Shown: piece after piece, positions 9,304 through 17,766 of the stretch
How positions within the stretch are numbered: the stretch's first letter is position 1
How the letters are laid out: every line of letters begins with the position of its first letter
NCBI GenBank assembly: GCA_036658075.1
Contig: JAVXFE010000001.1
Span: forward strand, 1 to 30,005
DNA: 30,005 bases
Direction: 5' to 3'
From: Oscillospiraceae bacterium
Lineage (GTDB): Bacteria; Bacillota; Clostridia; Monoglobales; Monoglobaceae
The notes under the pieces: model-generated
Told to the model about the DNA's origin: nothing
The model's input: the letters and a program-made list of their open reading frames with translations, nothing else
The model's database searches: none
Position numbers and translations under genes: made by a program

Positions 9304-10926
9304 TTATGACCTCTCGTTTAATGATAAAACATTATGGCTTTTGGCGTATTTTTTAGGCGTTTCACCTGTAACCTTTTTAAATATATAGCTAAAATATGTG
9401 GGGTCTTTATACCCAACCATGCTTCCTATTTCATAAATCTTATACTCATCACGTTTTATAAATTCTTTTGCCCGCTTTATTCTATATTCAGTTACAAATT
9501 GATTAAAAGTTTTTCCTGTTTGCTCTTTAAAAATATGCATAAGATAATACGCACTTATGTAAAGTTCGTCAGCAACTTGCTGTACGGTAATTGCAGATGC
9601 ATAATCACGTTTTATTATATCTATAACTTTCTTGCTCTGTTCATCATCTTTATCTTTAGTTTTTAAAAACATTTTTCCCACGATAGCGTTTATCCATTTA
9701 ATAATGTCATCGACGGTTTCAAGGGTTTTAATTTCGTTATATGGCAAAAGATTTCGACCATAAATATCATCTATGGCATCGTTGTTTTCAAAAGTATATC
9801 TAAGTAAAATAATTATCATTTCAAGGACAACATCTCGAAGGCTTTCAACATCAATAGCTGGCGTATTTTTTATCTTTACATAAAATTTATTAAGAATCGA
9901 AAATGCTTCATCTCTGTCTCCACTTCGGATTGCCGCTAAAACAGCGTTTATATCACTATTTGAAATAACCAAAGCCCCGCTCATTTCTCGAGGCACACTA
10001 TCAAAGGAAATGAGCGAGTTGTTTCCAACGAAACTTTTATACATTGCGGCTTTATGGGCTTCACTGTAGGCTTTTGCAATATTCTCTATTCCAACATATC
10101 CGCCGGAATAGCCAATAGAAACCGTCTCACCGCTTCCTGCTTGGAATTGGTCTTTTATGCTTGTGAGGAAATTTACTAAAATTGAAAATGACGATTTCAA
10201 AAGCTTATAATTGTCATCGTGATAAAAAATAACAAGTGCCATGGAAAAATCGTCCGGCATACAACTTATTAATTTTAATCCGTCCGGCATACAACTGCAA
10301 TATTCAACCGTTTCGGTCAAATTCTCCTGTATCATTGATTTTGCCACCGATAAAGCCTGGATGTTATCAACTCTTATACTTGCCACAGTAAACTCTTCTT
10401 TAGGTAATTCAATTTCATAAAATTCACAATTTTCTTTAATTTCTTTAATATTCACAGTTGTACCATTTAAAATATTAAAGAGAAATTTATTTTTTAAGTA
10501 TGGCACGTGACCTGAAAGATTTTTTATAATATGATTTTCTTTTCGCCTTTTAACAATTTTTTCTTTAACTTCAAGCATTGTAGAAATCAATTCTTTTTCT
10601 TGTATAGGTTTTAATATATATGCCGCCGCCCCATTCTCCAGTGCCGTTTTAACATAATCAAACTCACTATACGCCGTCAAAATTACAATTTCGCCTTTAA
10701 AATCATTTGTATTTTTAATCTTTCGTATTAAGTCAAGTCCCGTCGCCTTTTTCATTCGTATATCTGTAATTATGATGTCTGGTTTCAGCTCTAAATATTT
10801 TTCAAATCCCTCTTCGCCATTACGTGCCTCTCCACATATTTCAAAGCCGTATTTTTTCCACTCTATGGTTTCTTTTATGCCTAGCCTAACCAAATACTCA
10901 TCATCAACTACCAGAATTTTTAACAT
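9304..10926 (-). CDS. YesN-type response regulator (REC, GGDEF-like middle region, AraC HTH)
   Basis: KILVVDDE, PDIIITDIRM, YILKP receiver motifs; C-terminal VADELYISAYYLMHIFKEQTGKTF..VGYKDPTYFSYIFKKVTGETP. Confidence 0.95.
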   Translation of the reverse strand: MLKILVVDDEYLVRLGIKETIEWKKYGFEICGEARNGEEGFEKYLELKPDIIITDIRMKKATGLDLIRKIKNTNDFKGEIVILTAYSEFDYVKTALENGAAAYILKPIQEKELISTMLEVKEKIVKRRKENHIIKNLSGHVPYLKNKFLFNILNGTTVNIKEIKENCEFYEIELPKEEFTVASIRVDNIQALSVAKSMIQENLTETVEYCSCMPDGLKLISCMPDDFSMALVIFYHDDNYKLLKSSFSILVNFLTSIKDQFQAGSGETVSIGYSGGYVGIENIAKAYSEAHKAAMYKSFVGNNSLISFDSVPREMSGALVISNSDINAVLAAIRSGDRDEAFSILNKFYVKIKNTPAIDVESLRDVVLEMIIILLRYTFENNDAIDDIYGRNLLPYNEIKTLETVDDIIKWINAIVGKMFLKTKDKDDEQSKKVIDIIKRDYASAITVQQVADELYISAYYLMHIFKEQTGKTFNQFVTEYRIKRAKEFIKRDEYKIYEIGSMVGYKDPTYFSYIFKKVTGETPKKYAKSHNVLSLNERS

Positions 10927-10944
10927 TTCAGCTTTACCTCCATT

Positions 10945-11874
10945 CTATTTTTTCGTCTCGATATAGTCTTCGATTTTTTCGTCTAGTTCAACTAACATTC
11001 CACTAAGCGTTTTATAAAACTTTGAAATGGTTAAAAAACAAAGTGTCATTATTATGACCCACAATACACCAAACACCACTTTAATATATGTCAAGTTTTT
11101 ATTTACACTATAGAACGGAAGGCGAAAACCCATACAATAGTTTTCATTTTCGATTTGATTTTTATAATATAAGTTGCCGTCAGAATCAAAAACATGTGAA
11201 CCGGCTTCCAGTGATTTTAAGGACTGATTGCCTTTTAAATAAATATTATTATCATTAGTGGACAAAACTATAGAAGCATACTTTAAAAATAAATTATCTG
11301 TGTCGAAACTCGAAAATAGCTAAACGCATGCAACGTCAACGCAAAGCATTGTGTCAATTTCGGCGTTTTCAAATTTTATAGGGATGCAATATACAAAAAT
11401 ATTTTTCTTATGTGAAACATAGTTTTCATTTGATAATCCTACCACCTGCCACAAAGGTTCATCTTTAATCTCGGTCATTAAATTTTCAGTGGCAATATCT
11501 TTATAATAACTGTCGGTCGTGTATAAAATTTCTCCCTTTCTAAGAACAAATGCCCCCACAATATTATTACTACTACCCTTTATTTCGTTTAATTTTTGAT
11601 TAAATATAGTTTTGTATGTAGTAAAATTATTTTCATTTTTCATTTCTTTATTAACAAAGTTTTGAATCGAACTCTCAACTCTTTGAAGTTCAAGGCTAAA
11701 ACTCTTTGCAATCTGCTTTGAAAAGCCCAAAGATTTTACTGTATAATCTTCAATAAACGCATCTGAAACATTTGAATACAAACTTACAAAAAGTAATATA
11801 AGAAGGCCTCCTACAACGGGAAGAGTAAGCCACTTTATTTTATTTCCTAATAACTTGAAAATATTTCTCCCCAC
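10945..11874 (-). pseudogene. Kinase-less TM-dCache-like-TM membrane protein (309 codons) split by one in-frame TAG at 11320-11322
   Basis: The track ORFs 11320..11874 and 10945..11265 are in the same frame. The gap reads ...CVDVACV*LFSSFDTDNLFLKYASIVLSTNDNN... with no other stop. One TM at each end and a ~26-aa cytoplasmic tail. Confidence 0.75.
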
Positions 11875-11879
11875 CTCTC

Positions 11880-11908
11880 ATACTAGATTTTCTCTTAAAT
11901 TATGTCAA
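11880..11908 (-). promoter_or_regulatory. Possible second tandem sigma-A promoter giving a (near-)leaderless GTG start
   Basis: TTGACA (11908-03)-N17-TAGTAT (11885-80); the GTG at 11874 lies 6 nt further on. Confidence 0.35.
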
Positions 11909-11936
11909 ATATAGCACAAAAGACACGCAGTGTCAA
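11908..11936 (-). promoter_or_regulatory. Sigma-A promoter of the sensor/RR/HK operon
   Basis: TTGACA (11936-31)-N17-TATATT (11913-08) with a TGn extension. Confidence 0.8.
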
Positions 11937-12027
11937 GTTAAAAAGAAAGGTGAAACACAGAGGTCTATCTCTCTTGCTCCTTATAACTCTCTTAAATTTA
12001 TTATGTATTTTAAATGTCTTTATTTAA

Positions 12028-12090
12028 AGTGTATCACATTTTTTAACATTTTGTCATCTGCCTAGTTATGTTATTTATTGTGTAATACTG
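12028..12090 (-). promoter_or_regulatory. Activator-dependent promoter, copy 2 (no CDS directly downstream)
   Basis: CAGTATTACACAATAAATAACAT-N8-AG ATGACA-N18-TACACT. Identity to copy 1 is 20/23 in the box and 9/9 at AGATGACAA, plus a shared AAATGTG before -10. Confidence 0.72.
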
Positions 12091-12168
12091 CTAACAAATA
12101 AATTGAAATAGGTATAAAAGCAATTTGACTTTTATTGGTCGTCATTAATTCAAATTGCTATATATCAT

Positions 12169-12212
12169 AAAAAACCACCATATTGAAGTCCTCGAGGACT
12201 TTAATATGGTGG
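12169..12212 (-). terminator. Intrinsic terminator of rhaB-rhaA
   Basis: CCACCATATTGAAGTCC-TCGA-GGACTTTAATATGGTGG (17-bp stem, one mismatch/wobble position) with a run of 6 U on the minus strand. Confidence 0.9.
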
Positions 12213-12223
12213 AATTCTATTTA

Positions 12224-12249
12224 TTTTAATATTTCATTTTAATATTTCA
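12224..12249. repeat. 13-bp tandem duplication in the rhaA 3' UTR
   Basis: TTTTAATATTTCA x2, exact. Confidence 0.8.
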
Positions 12250-12251
12250 TT

Positions 12252-13493
12252 CTATCTTTTAAGCAACACATCTTCTTCATATTTCATTACATCTTCAAAC
12301 CAACTCTTGTCGCTTTTGACGTTATTCTTAGTGCAAAAATATTCCCAAACATCGCCAATTGGGGCAGTTTTGAGTTCTTCACTAAGCATCATAAGCTCAG
12401 TAAGCTTGTCAGATTCTTGCAAATCACGCATATACTCGATTGGCTGTAACAATGCGTTTAATAACGCTTTTTGCATATTTCGCATACCAATAACCCATGC
12501 CGAGACACGATTAATACTTGCATCGAAAAAGTCAAGACCCAGCAAAACACGGTCGGTTGCATCGTTTCGAACAATCTCTTTTGCAATCTCACGGGTCTCA
12601 TCATCAAACAAAACCACATGGTCACTATCCCAACGCACAGAGCGTGTAACGTGCAATGCAATCTTTTTATAAAACAATAGCATTGACGGAATTTTGTCAG
12701 AAACAAATTCAGTTGGATGATAATGTCCATTATCAAGCAAACATAGAATGTTATTTTTCGCCGCATAGTTCATGTAGAATTCATGAGAGCCAACCGTGTA
12801 CGATTCAACGCCAATGCCAAAGACTTTGGATTCTACCGCCACATCGACCTTTGATTTATCATATGGAACTGCCAAAATTTGGTCTAATGATTTTTTAAGC
12901 CTTGCACGAGGTGCCATTCTATCAGCAGGAATATCCTTAAATCCATCAGGAATCCAAATGTTTACAAGTGAAGACCCGCCAAGTTCAGTTGCAAAATATT
13001 CCGCAATTTTTATACAAGCTATACAATGGTCAACCCAAAACTTTCGAATATCATCTTTTGGACTTGAAAGAGTCAAGCGTTCCGCCTTTTTATGTGAGAA
13101 CATCGTTGGGTTAAAGTCGAGTTTAAGACCCCGCTCCTTTGCAAAGTCAACCCACGCCTTAAAATGTTTAGGTTCTAACTTATCACGGTCAACAACTTCT
13201 CCGTCTTCAAACACTGCATAGTTCGCATGGAGGTTTATTCTATGCTTTCCTGGGATTAAAGATAAAGCCTTATCTATATCCGCCATAAGCTCCTTTGGAG
13301 TTCTTGCCTTTCCCGGATAATCGCCGGTCGCTTGAATTCCACCGCTGAGTGTGCTTAGATTTTCAAAACCACCAACGTCATCGCCCTGCCAACAATGCAT
13401 TGAAATCGGGATTTCTTCCAGTACCTTTATTGCGGAATCGGTGTCGACTCCAAATTTTTCATAAATTTTCTTTGCTTCATCATATCTATTCAT
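12252..13493 (-). CDS. rhaA: L-rhamnose isomerase
   Basis: [84 protein letters not shown]. Confidence 0.97.
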   Translation of the reverse strand: MNRYDEAKKIYEKFGVDTDSAIKVLEEIPISMHCWQGDDVGGFENLSTLSGGIQATGDYPGKARTPKELMADIDKALSLIPGKHRINLHANYAVFEDGEVVDRDKLEPKHFKAWVDFAKERGLKLDFNPTMFSHKKAERLTLSSPKDDIRKFWVDHCIACIKIAEYFATELGGSSLVNIWIPDGFKDIPADRMAPRARLKKSLDQILAVPYDKSKVDVAVESKVFGIGVESYTVGSHEFYMNYAAKNNILCLLDNGHYHPTEFVSDKIPSMLLFYKKIALHVTRSVRWDSDHVVLFDDETREIAKEIVRNDATDRVLLGLDFFDASINRVSAWVIGMRNMQKALLNALLQPIEYMRDLQESDKLTELMMLSEELKTAPIGDVWEYFCTKNNVKSDKSWFEDVMKYEEDVLLKR

Positions 13494-13529
13494 ATTTACG
13501 CACTCCGTTTTTAAAATATTTTATAAAAC

Positions 13530-14930
13530 TTAGATTTCTATTTTTTTAATATCAAATGATTTTCTAATTATTTCACGTGCTTCATCAACTGATTTAACAG
13601 TCTCTTGGCTTAACATTTGGGTTAAAATATTTCCAAGAGCGGTCGCCTCTACAGGACCTGTATATACCGTTTTTCCAGTGGCTTTTGCGGTAAGCTCATT
13701 TAAATATCCATCTTGTGAACCTCCGCCAACAATGTTAATTGCCTGATACGTATGCTTTGTGATTTTTTCAATCTCCTTAACCGTTTCAGAATAGCTATAC
13801 GCTAAGCTTATATACGCACACTGCATAATTTCGCCAACAGTTTCAGGGACACGCATGTTATGTTCAGAACAATAACTTTGTACAGCGGCAATCATACTCT
13901 TTGGCGATAAAAACCTTGAATCGTTAACGTCAATTTTAGAGTTAAAATCCGCATTTTCTCTAGCTAAAATTTCTAAATCATTAAAACTGTATTTCTCGCC
14001 ATACTCACGTTTTATAAACTGGATTATCCATAATCCCATGATATTTTTAAGATATCTAAACCTATAGTCAATTCCGCCTTCGTTTGTAAGGTTTGCAGCT
14101 TGGCTTTCAGGAGTGCAATTTGGTGTCATACTCTCTACGCCCATAAGCGACCACGTCCCGGAACTTATGTAAACATTATCAAGTGTGGTGGCAGGCACAG
14201 ACAAAACAGCAGATGCCGTATCATGCGTCGGTGGTAAAATTACGGTACAGTCAAAACCAACCTCGTCTTGAACCTCCTTCGTAAATCCTCCAACAACCGT
14301 TTTTGGTGCATTAAGTGGCTTAAAGAGTTCTTTTTTATAACCAAGTTTTTCAATTAATTCCATATCCCATTCATGCGTTCGAGGGTTTAAAAGCCCCGTT
14401 GTGCTGGCAATTGTATACTCGTTTTTCTTTTCACCTGTAAGAAGAAAATTAAAATATTCAGGTGTCATTAAAAAAGTAGTGGCGTTTTCAATAATTTCAG
14501 GATTGCTTTTATGTATAGCAAGCAATTGGTAAATTGTGTTATAACTTTGCTTTTGAATTCCTGTTCTTTCATATAATTCCGAATCAGATACGATTTTTGA
14601 AACTTCATCCATCATAAATTCGGTTCTCTTATCACGATATGCCACGGTATCGCCCAAAACTTTATTATCTTTATCAAGTAAAACAAAGTCGACGCCCCAT
14701 GTGTCAATCCCCATAGTTACAGGAATTTTTCCAATTTCTGAGCATTTTTTAAGTCCTTTTTTAATCTCTGAAAAAAGATGTATAAAGTCCCAACAAAGAT
14801 GTCCGTTTTTTTCAGTAAGTCCATTTTTAAAACGATGAACCTCTTCAAGCACAAGCTTTCCGTCCTGCATACTACCTAATATATGACGTCCACTTGATGC
14901 TCCGATATCTACCGCTAAATAATAATTCAT
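13530..14930 (-). CDS. rhaB: Rhamnulokinase (FGGY family)
   Basis: YLAVDIGASSGRH, GIDTWGVDF, YRDKRT, HDTASAV, ISSGTWSLMG, TNEGG, KNIMGLW, GPVEATALGN. Start set at ATG 14930 (RBS GAGAGGA). Confidence 0.95.
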   Translation of the reverse strand: MNYYLAVDIGASSGRHILGSMQDGKLVLEEVHRFKNGLTEKNGHLCWDFIHLFSEIKKGLKKCSEIGKIPVTMGIDTWGVDFVLLDKDNKVLGDTVAYRDKRTEFMMDEVSKIVSDSELYERTGIQKQSYNTIYQLLAIHKSNPEIIENATTFLMTPEYFNFLLTGEKKNEYTIASTTGLLNPRTHEWDMELIEKLGYKKELFKPLNAPKTVVGGFTKEVQDEVGFDCTVILPPTHDTASAVLSVPATTLDNVYISSGTWSLMGVESMTPNCTPESQAANLTNEGGIDYRFRYLKNIMGLWIIQFIKREYGEKYSFNDLEILARENADFNSKIDVNDSRFLSPKSMIAAVQSYCSEHNMRVPETVGEIMQCAYISLAYSYSETVKEIEKITKHTYQAINIVGGGSQDGYLNELTAKATGKTVYTGPVEATALGNILTQMLSQETVKSVDEAREIIRKSFDIKKIEI

Positions 14931-14981
14931 AATATTACCATCCTCTCTTTTAATTATCAAAATAAATTTATCATACACTCA

Positions 14982-15010
14982 TTGACAAAACTACGTTCTA
15001 CATTTATACT
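14982..15010 (+). promoter_or_regulatory. Sigma-A promoter of the isomerase-manA operon
   Basis: TTGACA-N17-TATACT. Confidence 0.85.
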
Positions 15011-15014
15011 ATAT

Positions 15015-15044
15015 GTAATGCAATATTAAAGTTTGTTGCACTAC
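15015..15044. promoter_or_regulatory. Candidate operator (inverted repeat) in the divergent rhaB / isomerase region
   Basis: GTAATGCAA-N12-TTGCACTAC, 8/9 dyad match. Confidence 0.4.
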
Positions 15045-15076
15045 TATTATAAATCAAATTTGAAGGAGTGTCTATA

Positions 15077-15715
15077 ATGAAAATTGCTTTAATTAATGAA
15101 AATTCACAAGCCGCAAAAAATAGTATTATTTGCGATGCCCTTACTTCAGTTGTACAACCTAAAGGTCATGAAGTTTTAAACTTCGGAATGTATTCTGGCG
15201 ACGATGCAACACAACTTACATACGTTCAAAACGGAATCCTTGCCGCTATCCTTTTAAACTCAAAGGCTGTTGACTTTGTTGTTACCGGCTGTGGCACAGG
15301 TGAAGGTGCAATGCTTGCCCTTAACTCTTTTCCAAACGTTTTGTGCGGTCACGTAACCGATGCCCTTGATGCATACTTGTTTTCACAGGTTAACAACGGT
15401 AATGCAATCGCTATGCCGTTTGCACAAGGCTTTGGTTGGGGTGCAGAACTTAACTTAACCTATACCTTTGAAAAATTATTCTCCGGCGAATTTGGTCTTG
15501 GATATCCTAGAGAACGTGCAATTCCGGAGCAGGCAAACAAGAAAATCCTTGATGATGTAAAAAAGATTACACATCACGATATTATGTATGTTTTGAAGAA
15601 TATTGACCAAGACCTTCTTAAAGGTGCCGTAAGCGGTGAAAAATTTGCTGACCTATTTTTCCCAAATTGTCAAGTTCCTGAAATTGCCGATTATATCAAA
15701 AGCGTTTTGGCGTAA
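15077..15715 (+). CDS. RpiB/LacA/LacB-family isomerase, DhuI-like (4-deoxy-L-threo-5-hexosulose-uronate isomerase, a KduI analogue)
   Basis: MKIALINENSQAAKN, QLTYVQNG, VVTGCGTGEGAMLALNSFP, DAYLFSQVNNGNA, FAQGFGWGAELNL, GYPRERAIPEQ. As recalled, this closely resembles streptococcal DhuI. AAGGAG is 8 nt before ATG 15077. Confidence 0.82.
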   Translation: MKIALINENSQAAKNSIICDALTSVVQPKGHEVLNFGMYSGDDATQLTYVQNGILAAILLNSKAVDFVVTGCGTGEGAMLALNSFPNVLCGHVTDALDAYLFSQVNNGNAIAMPFAQGFGWGAELNLTYTFEKLFSGEFGLGYPRERAIPEQANKKILDDVKKITHHDIMYVLKNIDQDLLKGAVSGEKFADLFFPNCQVPEIADYIKSVLA

Positions 15716-15732
15716 CAGAAAGGCAGGAACCT

Positions 15733-16692
15733 ATGCAACCTATTAAACTTTCACCCGTTTTCAAGGATTATCTTTGGGGCGGAACAAAACTTAAAACAGA
15801 CTTTGGAAAGGTCAGTGACCTTTCCAAAGTTGCCGAAAGCTGGGAACTTTCCACTCATAAAGATGGACAAAGCATCGTTTCAAGCGGTGATGACACAGGA
15901 TGTACACTTTCGCAATATATTGATAAACACGGCGAGAAAATTCTCGGTACAAAAGCTGAAAAATTCGATTATTTTCCAATACTTATTAAATTTATCGATG
16001 CAAAGGAAAGTTTATCAATACAAGTTCACCCTGATGATACATACGCTCTCAAAAACGAAGGCGAATACGGCAAAACCGAAATGTGGTATATACTAGATGC
16101 TAACCCCGGTGCATATCTATATTACGGCGTAAACACCGAACTTTCACGTGATGAATTTGAAGCCAAAATCAATGACAACACCCTTTTAGATGTTTTAAAT
16201 CGTGTCGAAGTCAAAAAAGGTGACGTATTTTTTATTGAAGCCGGAACTATTCATGCAATCGGTAAAGGTATTGTGATTTGTGAAATTCAACAAAACTCAA
16301 ACACCACCTATCGAGTATACGATTATGACCGCCGTGATTCAAGCGGGAAAACCCGTGACCTCCATGTACGACAAGCCATTGATGTTTCACGACTTATTCC
16401 TAGCACAAACTCAGATACCAGTGGAGAAGTGCAAGTTCATGAAGGGTTTTGTGAAAATCTTTTGGCCTCATGCAACTATTTCACTGTCCAAAAATTCAGC
16501 ATTGAAACCTCCGCTTTTATAAATATTACGGAAGAAAGTTTCAAATCCATTATTGTTACAGATGGAAGCGGAAGGCTTACGCTCTCCTCTACCACCATAG
16601 ATTTTACAAAAGGTGATAGCATTTTTATCCCCGCACAAAATGGCAAATGCGAAATTAATGGCAAATGTGAAATTATCGTATCGTACATTTAG
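15733..16692 (+). CDS. manA: Type I phosphomannose isomerase (cupin)
   Basis: KDYLWGG, AESWELSTH, LIKFIDA..LSIQVHP, GKTEMWY, GTIHAIG, EIQQNSNTTYRVYDYDR (Q/H/E/H zinc ligands present). Confidence 0.9.
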   Translation: MQPIKLSPVFKDYLWGGTKLKTDFGKVSDLSKVAESWELSTHKDGQSIVSSGDDTGCTLSQYIDKHGEKILGTKAEKFDYFPILIKFIDAKESLSIQVHPDDTYALKNEGEYGKTEMWYILDANPGAYLYYGVNTELSRDEFEAKINDNTLLDVLNRVEVKKGDVFFIEAGTIHAIGKGIVICEIQQNSNTTYRVYDYDRRDSSGKTRDLHVRQAIDVSRLIPSTNSDTSGEVQVHEGFCENLLASCNYFTVQKFSIETSAFINITEESFKSIIVTDGSGRLTLSSTTIDFTKGDSIFIPAQNGKCEINGKCEIIVSYI

Positions 16693-16712
16693 TTTAATAA
16701 AATAACTATAAT

Positions 16713-16756
16713 AAAATAAAGCAGCGGCAAATTAAATTTTGCTGTTGCTTTATTTT
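16713..16756 (+). terminator. Intrinsic terminator after manA
   Basis: AAAATAAAGCAGCGGCAAA-N6-TTTGCTGTTGCTTTATTTT with G-U pairs. Confidence 0.85.
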
Positions 16757-16810
16757 AGTTTATTAATAAAAAAATTTCAACTGCATTTGTTGCTTATATA
16801 TATCAAATTA

Positions 16811-16839
16811 TTGCTTTTTCTTAAATAATAGTGTATACT
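16811..16839 (+). promoter_or_regulatory. Sigma-A promoter of the AraC regulator
   Basis: TTGCTT-N17-TATACT. Confidence 0.65.
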
Positions 16840-16871
16840 ATAAATATTATAAGATCTTTGGGGTGATTTGC

Positions 16872-17753
16872 ATGCTTGAATACGATTTGGATATTGACAA
16901 AAAGTCAAAATGGTTCATTACCACCGAAACCGACGCTGTTAAAGATATGCCGTTTTATTTAACTGAACTAGGCGATTTTTATGCAGGCTCGGATTTTTTT
17001 ACTGAGCGTGATAATAAATCAGGGTATCAATTAATTTTCACTGCCGCCGGCTCTGCCGAGCTTACGATTAATGACAAGAAATTCGACCTGCCTTTAAACA
17101 GTGTAGTGGTTGTAAAATGCAATACGCACCATCGGTATGAGCCGACCGCCGTTCCGTGGAACTTTAAATGGATTCACTTTGGCGGTTCTGGAGCAGATGC
17201 CCTTGCAAAACACATAAATGACGAATCCTGTGCAATTTTAGAGGTAGCCGAACCTGAAAAATTTACGCAATATTTTTCATACTTGGCTACACTTGCACCA
17301 CGAAATGATTTGATTTCGTCTGCTCAAATTTCAAATGACATTTCCGACATGCTTACGCAAATACTAATAAACAAGCTTTCTCTAAACCTTCGTACGCCTA
17401 AAAATCACGCACATTATACCGATATACGGGCAGTTATTGATTTTGTACATAAAAATTATCGTGACCAAATTTCGATTGATGATATGACAAACACTGTTAA
17501 TATTTCGAAATATCACTTCATACGACTTTTTAAGAAACAAATGGGGACAACGCCGTACGAGTATCTTGTAAACTATCGCATAAATCAAGCAAAAATAATG
17601 TTGCGTTCAAGCAATAAATCCGTTTATGAGATTTCATATGAAGTCGGATATTTAAGCAAGAGTAACTTTACGGCACAATTTAAATCCATTGTTGGTTTAA
17701 CTCCTGCAAAATACCGTGCTGAAAACACAAGCAGCTTAACCCTTCATTCATAA
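16872..17753 (+). CDS. AraC/XylS-family transcriptional regulator (cupin sensor plus HTH), probable rhamnose-region regulator
   Basis: N-terminal AraC-binding region (WNFKWIHFGG); C-terminal ISKYHFIRLFKKQMGTTPYEYL..VGYLSKSNFTAQFKSIVGLTPAKYR. ATG 16872 preferred (GGGGTG 6 nt upstream). The specific role is inferred from context. Confidence 0.88.
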   Translation: MLEYDLDIDKKSKWFITTETDAVKDMPFYLTELGDFYAGSDFFTERDNKSGYQLIFTAAGSAELTINDKKFDLPLNSVVVVKCNTHHRYEPTAVPWNFKWIHFGGSGADALAKHINDESCAILEVAEPEKFTQYFSYLATLAPRNDLISSAQISNDISDMLTQILINKLSLNLRTPKNHAHYTDIRAVIDFVHKNYRDQISIDDMTNTVNISKYHFIRLFKKQMGTTPYEYLVNYRINQAKIMLRSSNKSVYEISYEVGYLSKSNFTAQFKSIVGLTPAKYRAENTSSLTLHS

Positions 17754-17766
17754 CCCAATAAACACA

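Noticed and set aside
11933-11982. Mini-ORF (ATA start, DLCVSPFFLT) 8 nt after an orphan AAGGAG
   Set aside because: Non-canonical start, 11 codons, no supporting feature. Kept only as an alternative under the sRNA finding.
11891-11998. 11-bp direct repeat TCTCTTAAATT at 11891 and 11988 (looping operators?)
   Set aside because: Short and AT-rich within an AT-rich spacer; compatible with chance.
16695-16720. TAATAAAATAA duplication after manA and (CAT/TAT)n runs near 28802-28820
   Set aside because: Low-complexity slippage in UTRs with no array or spacer structure; not CRISPR.
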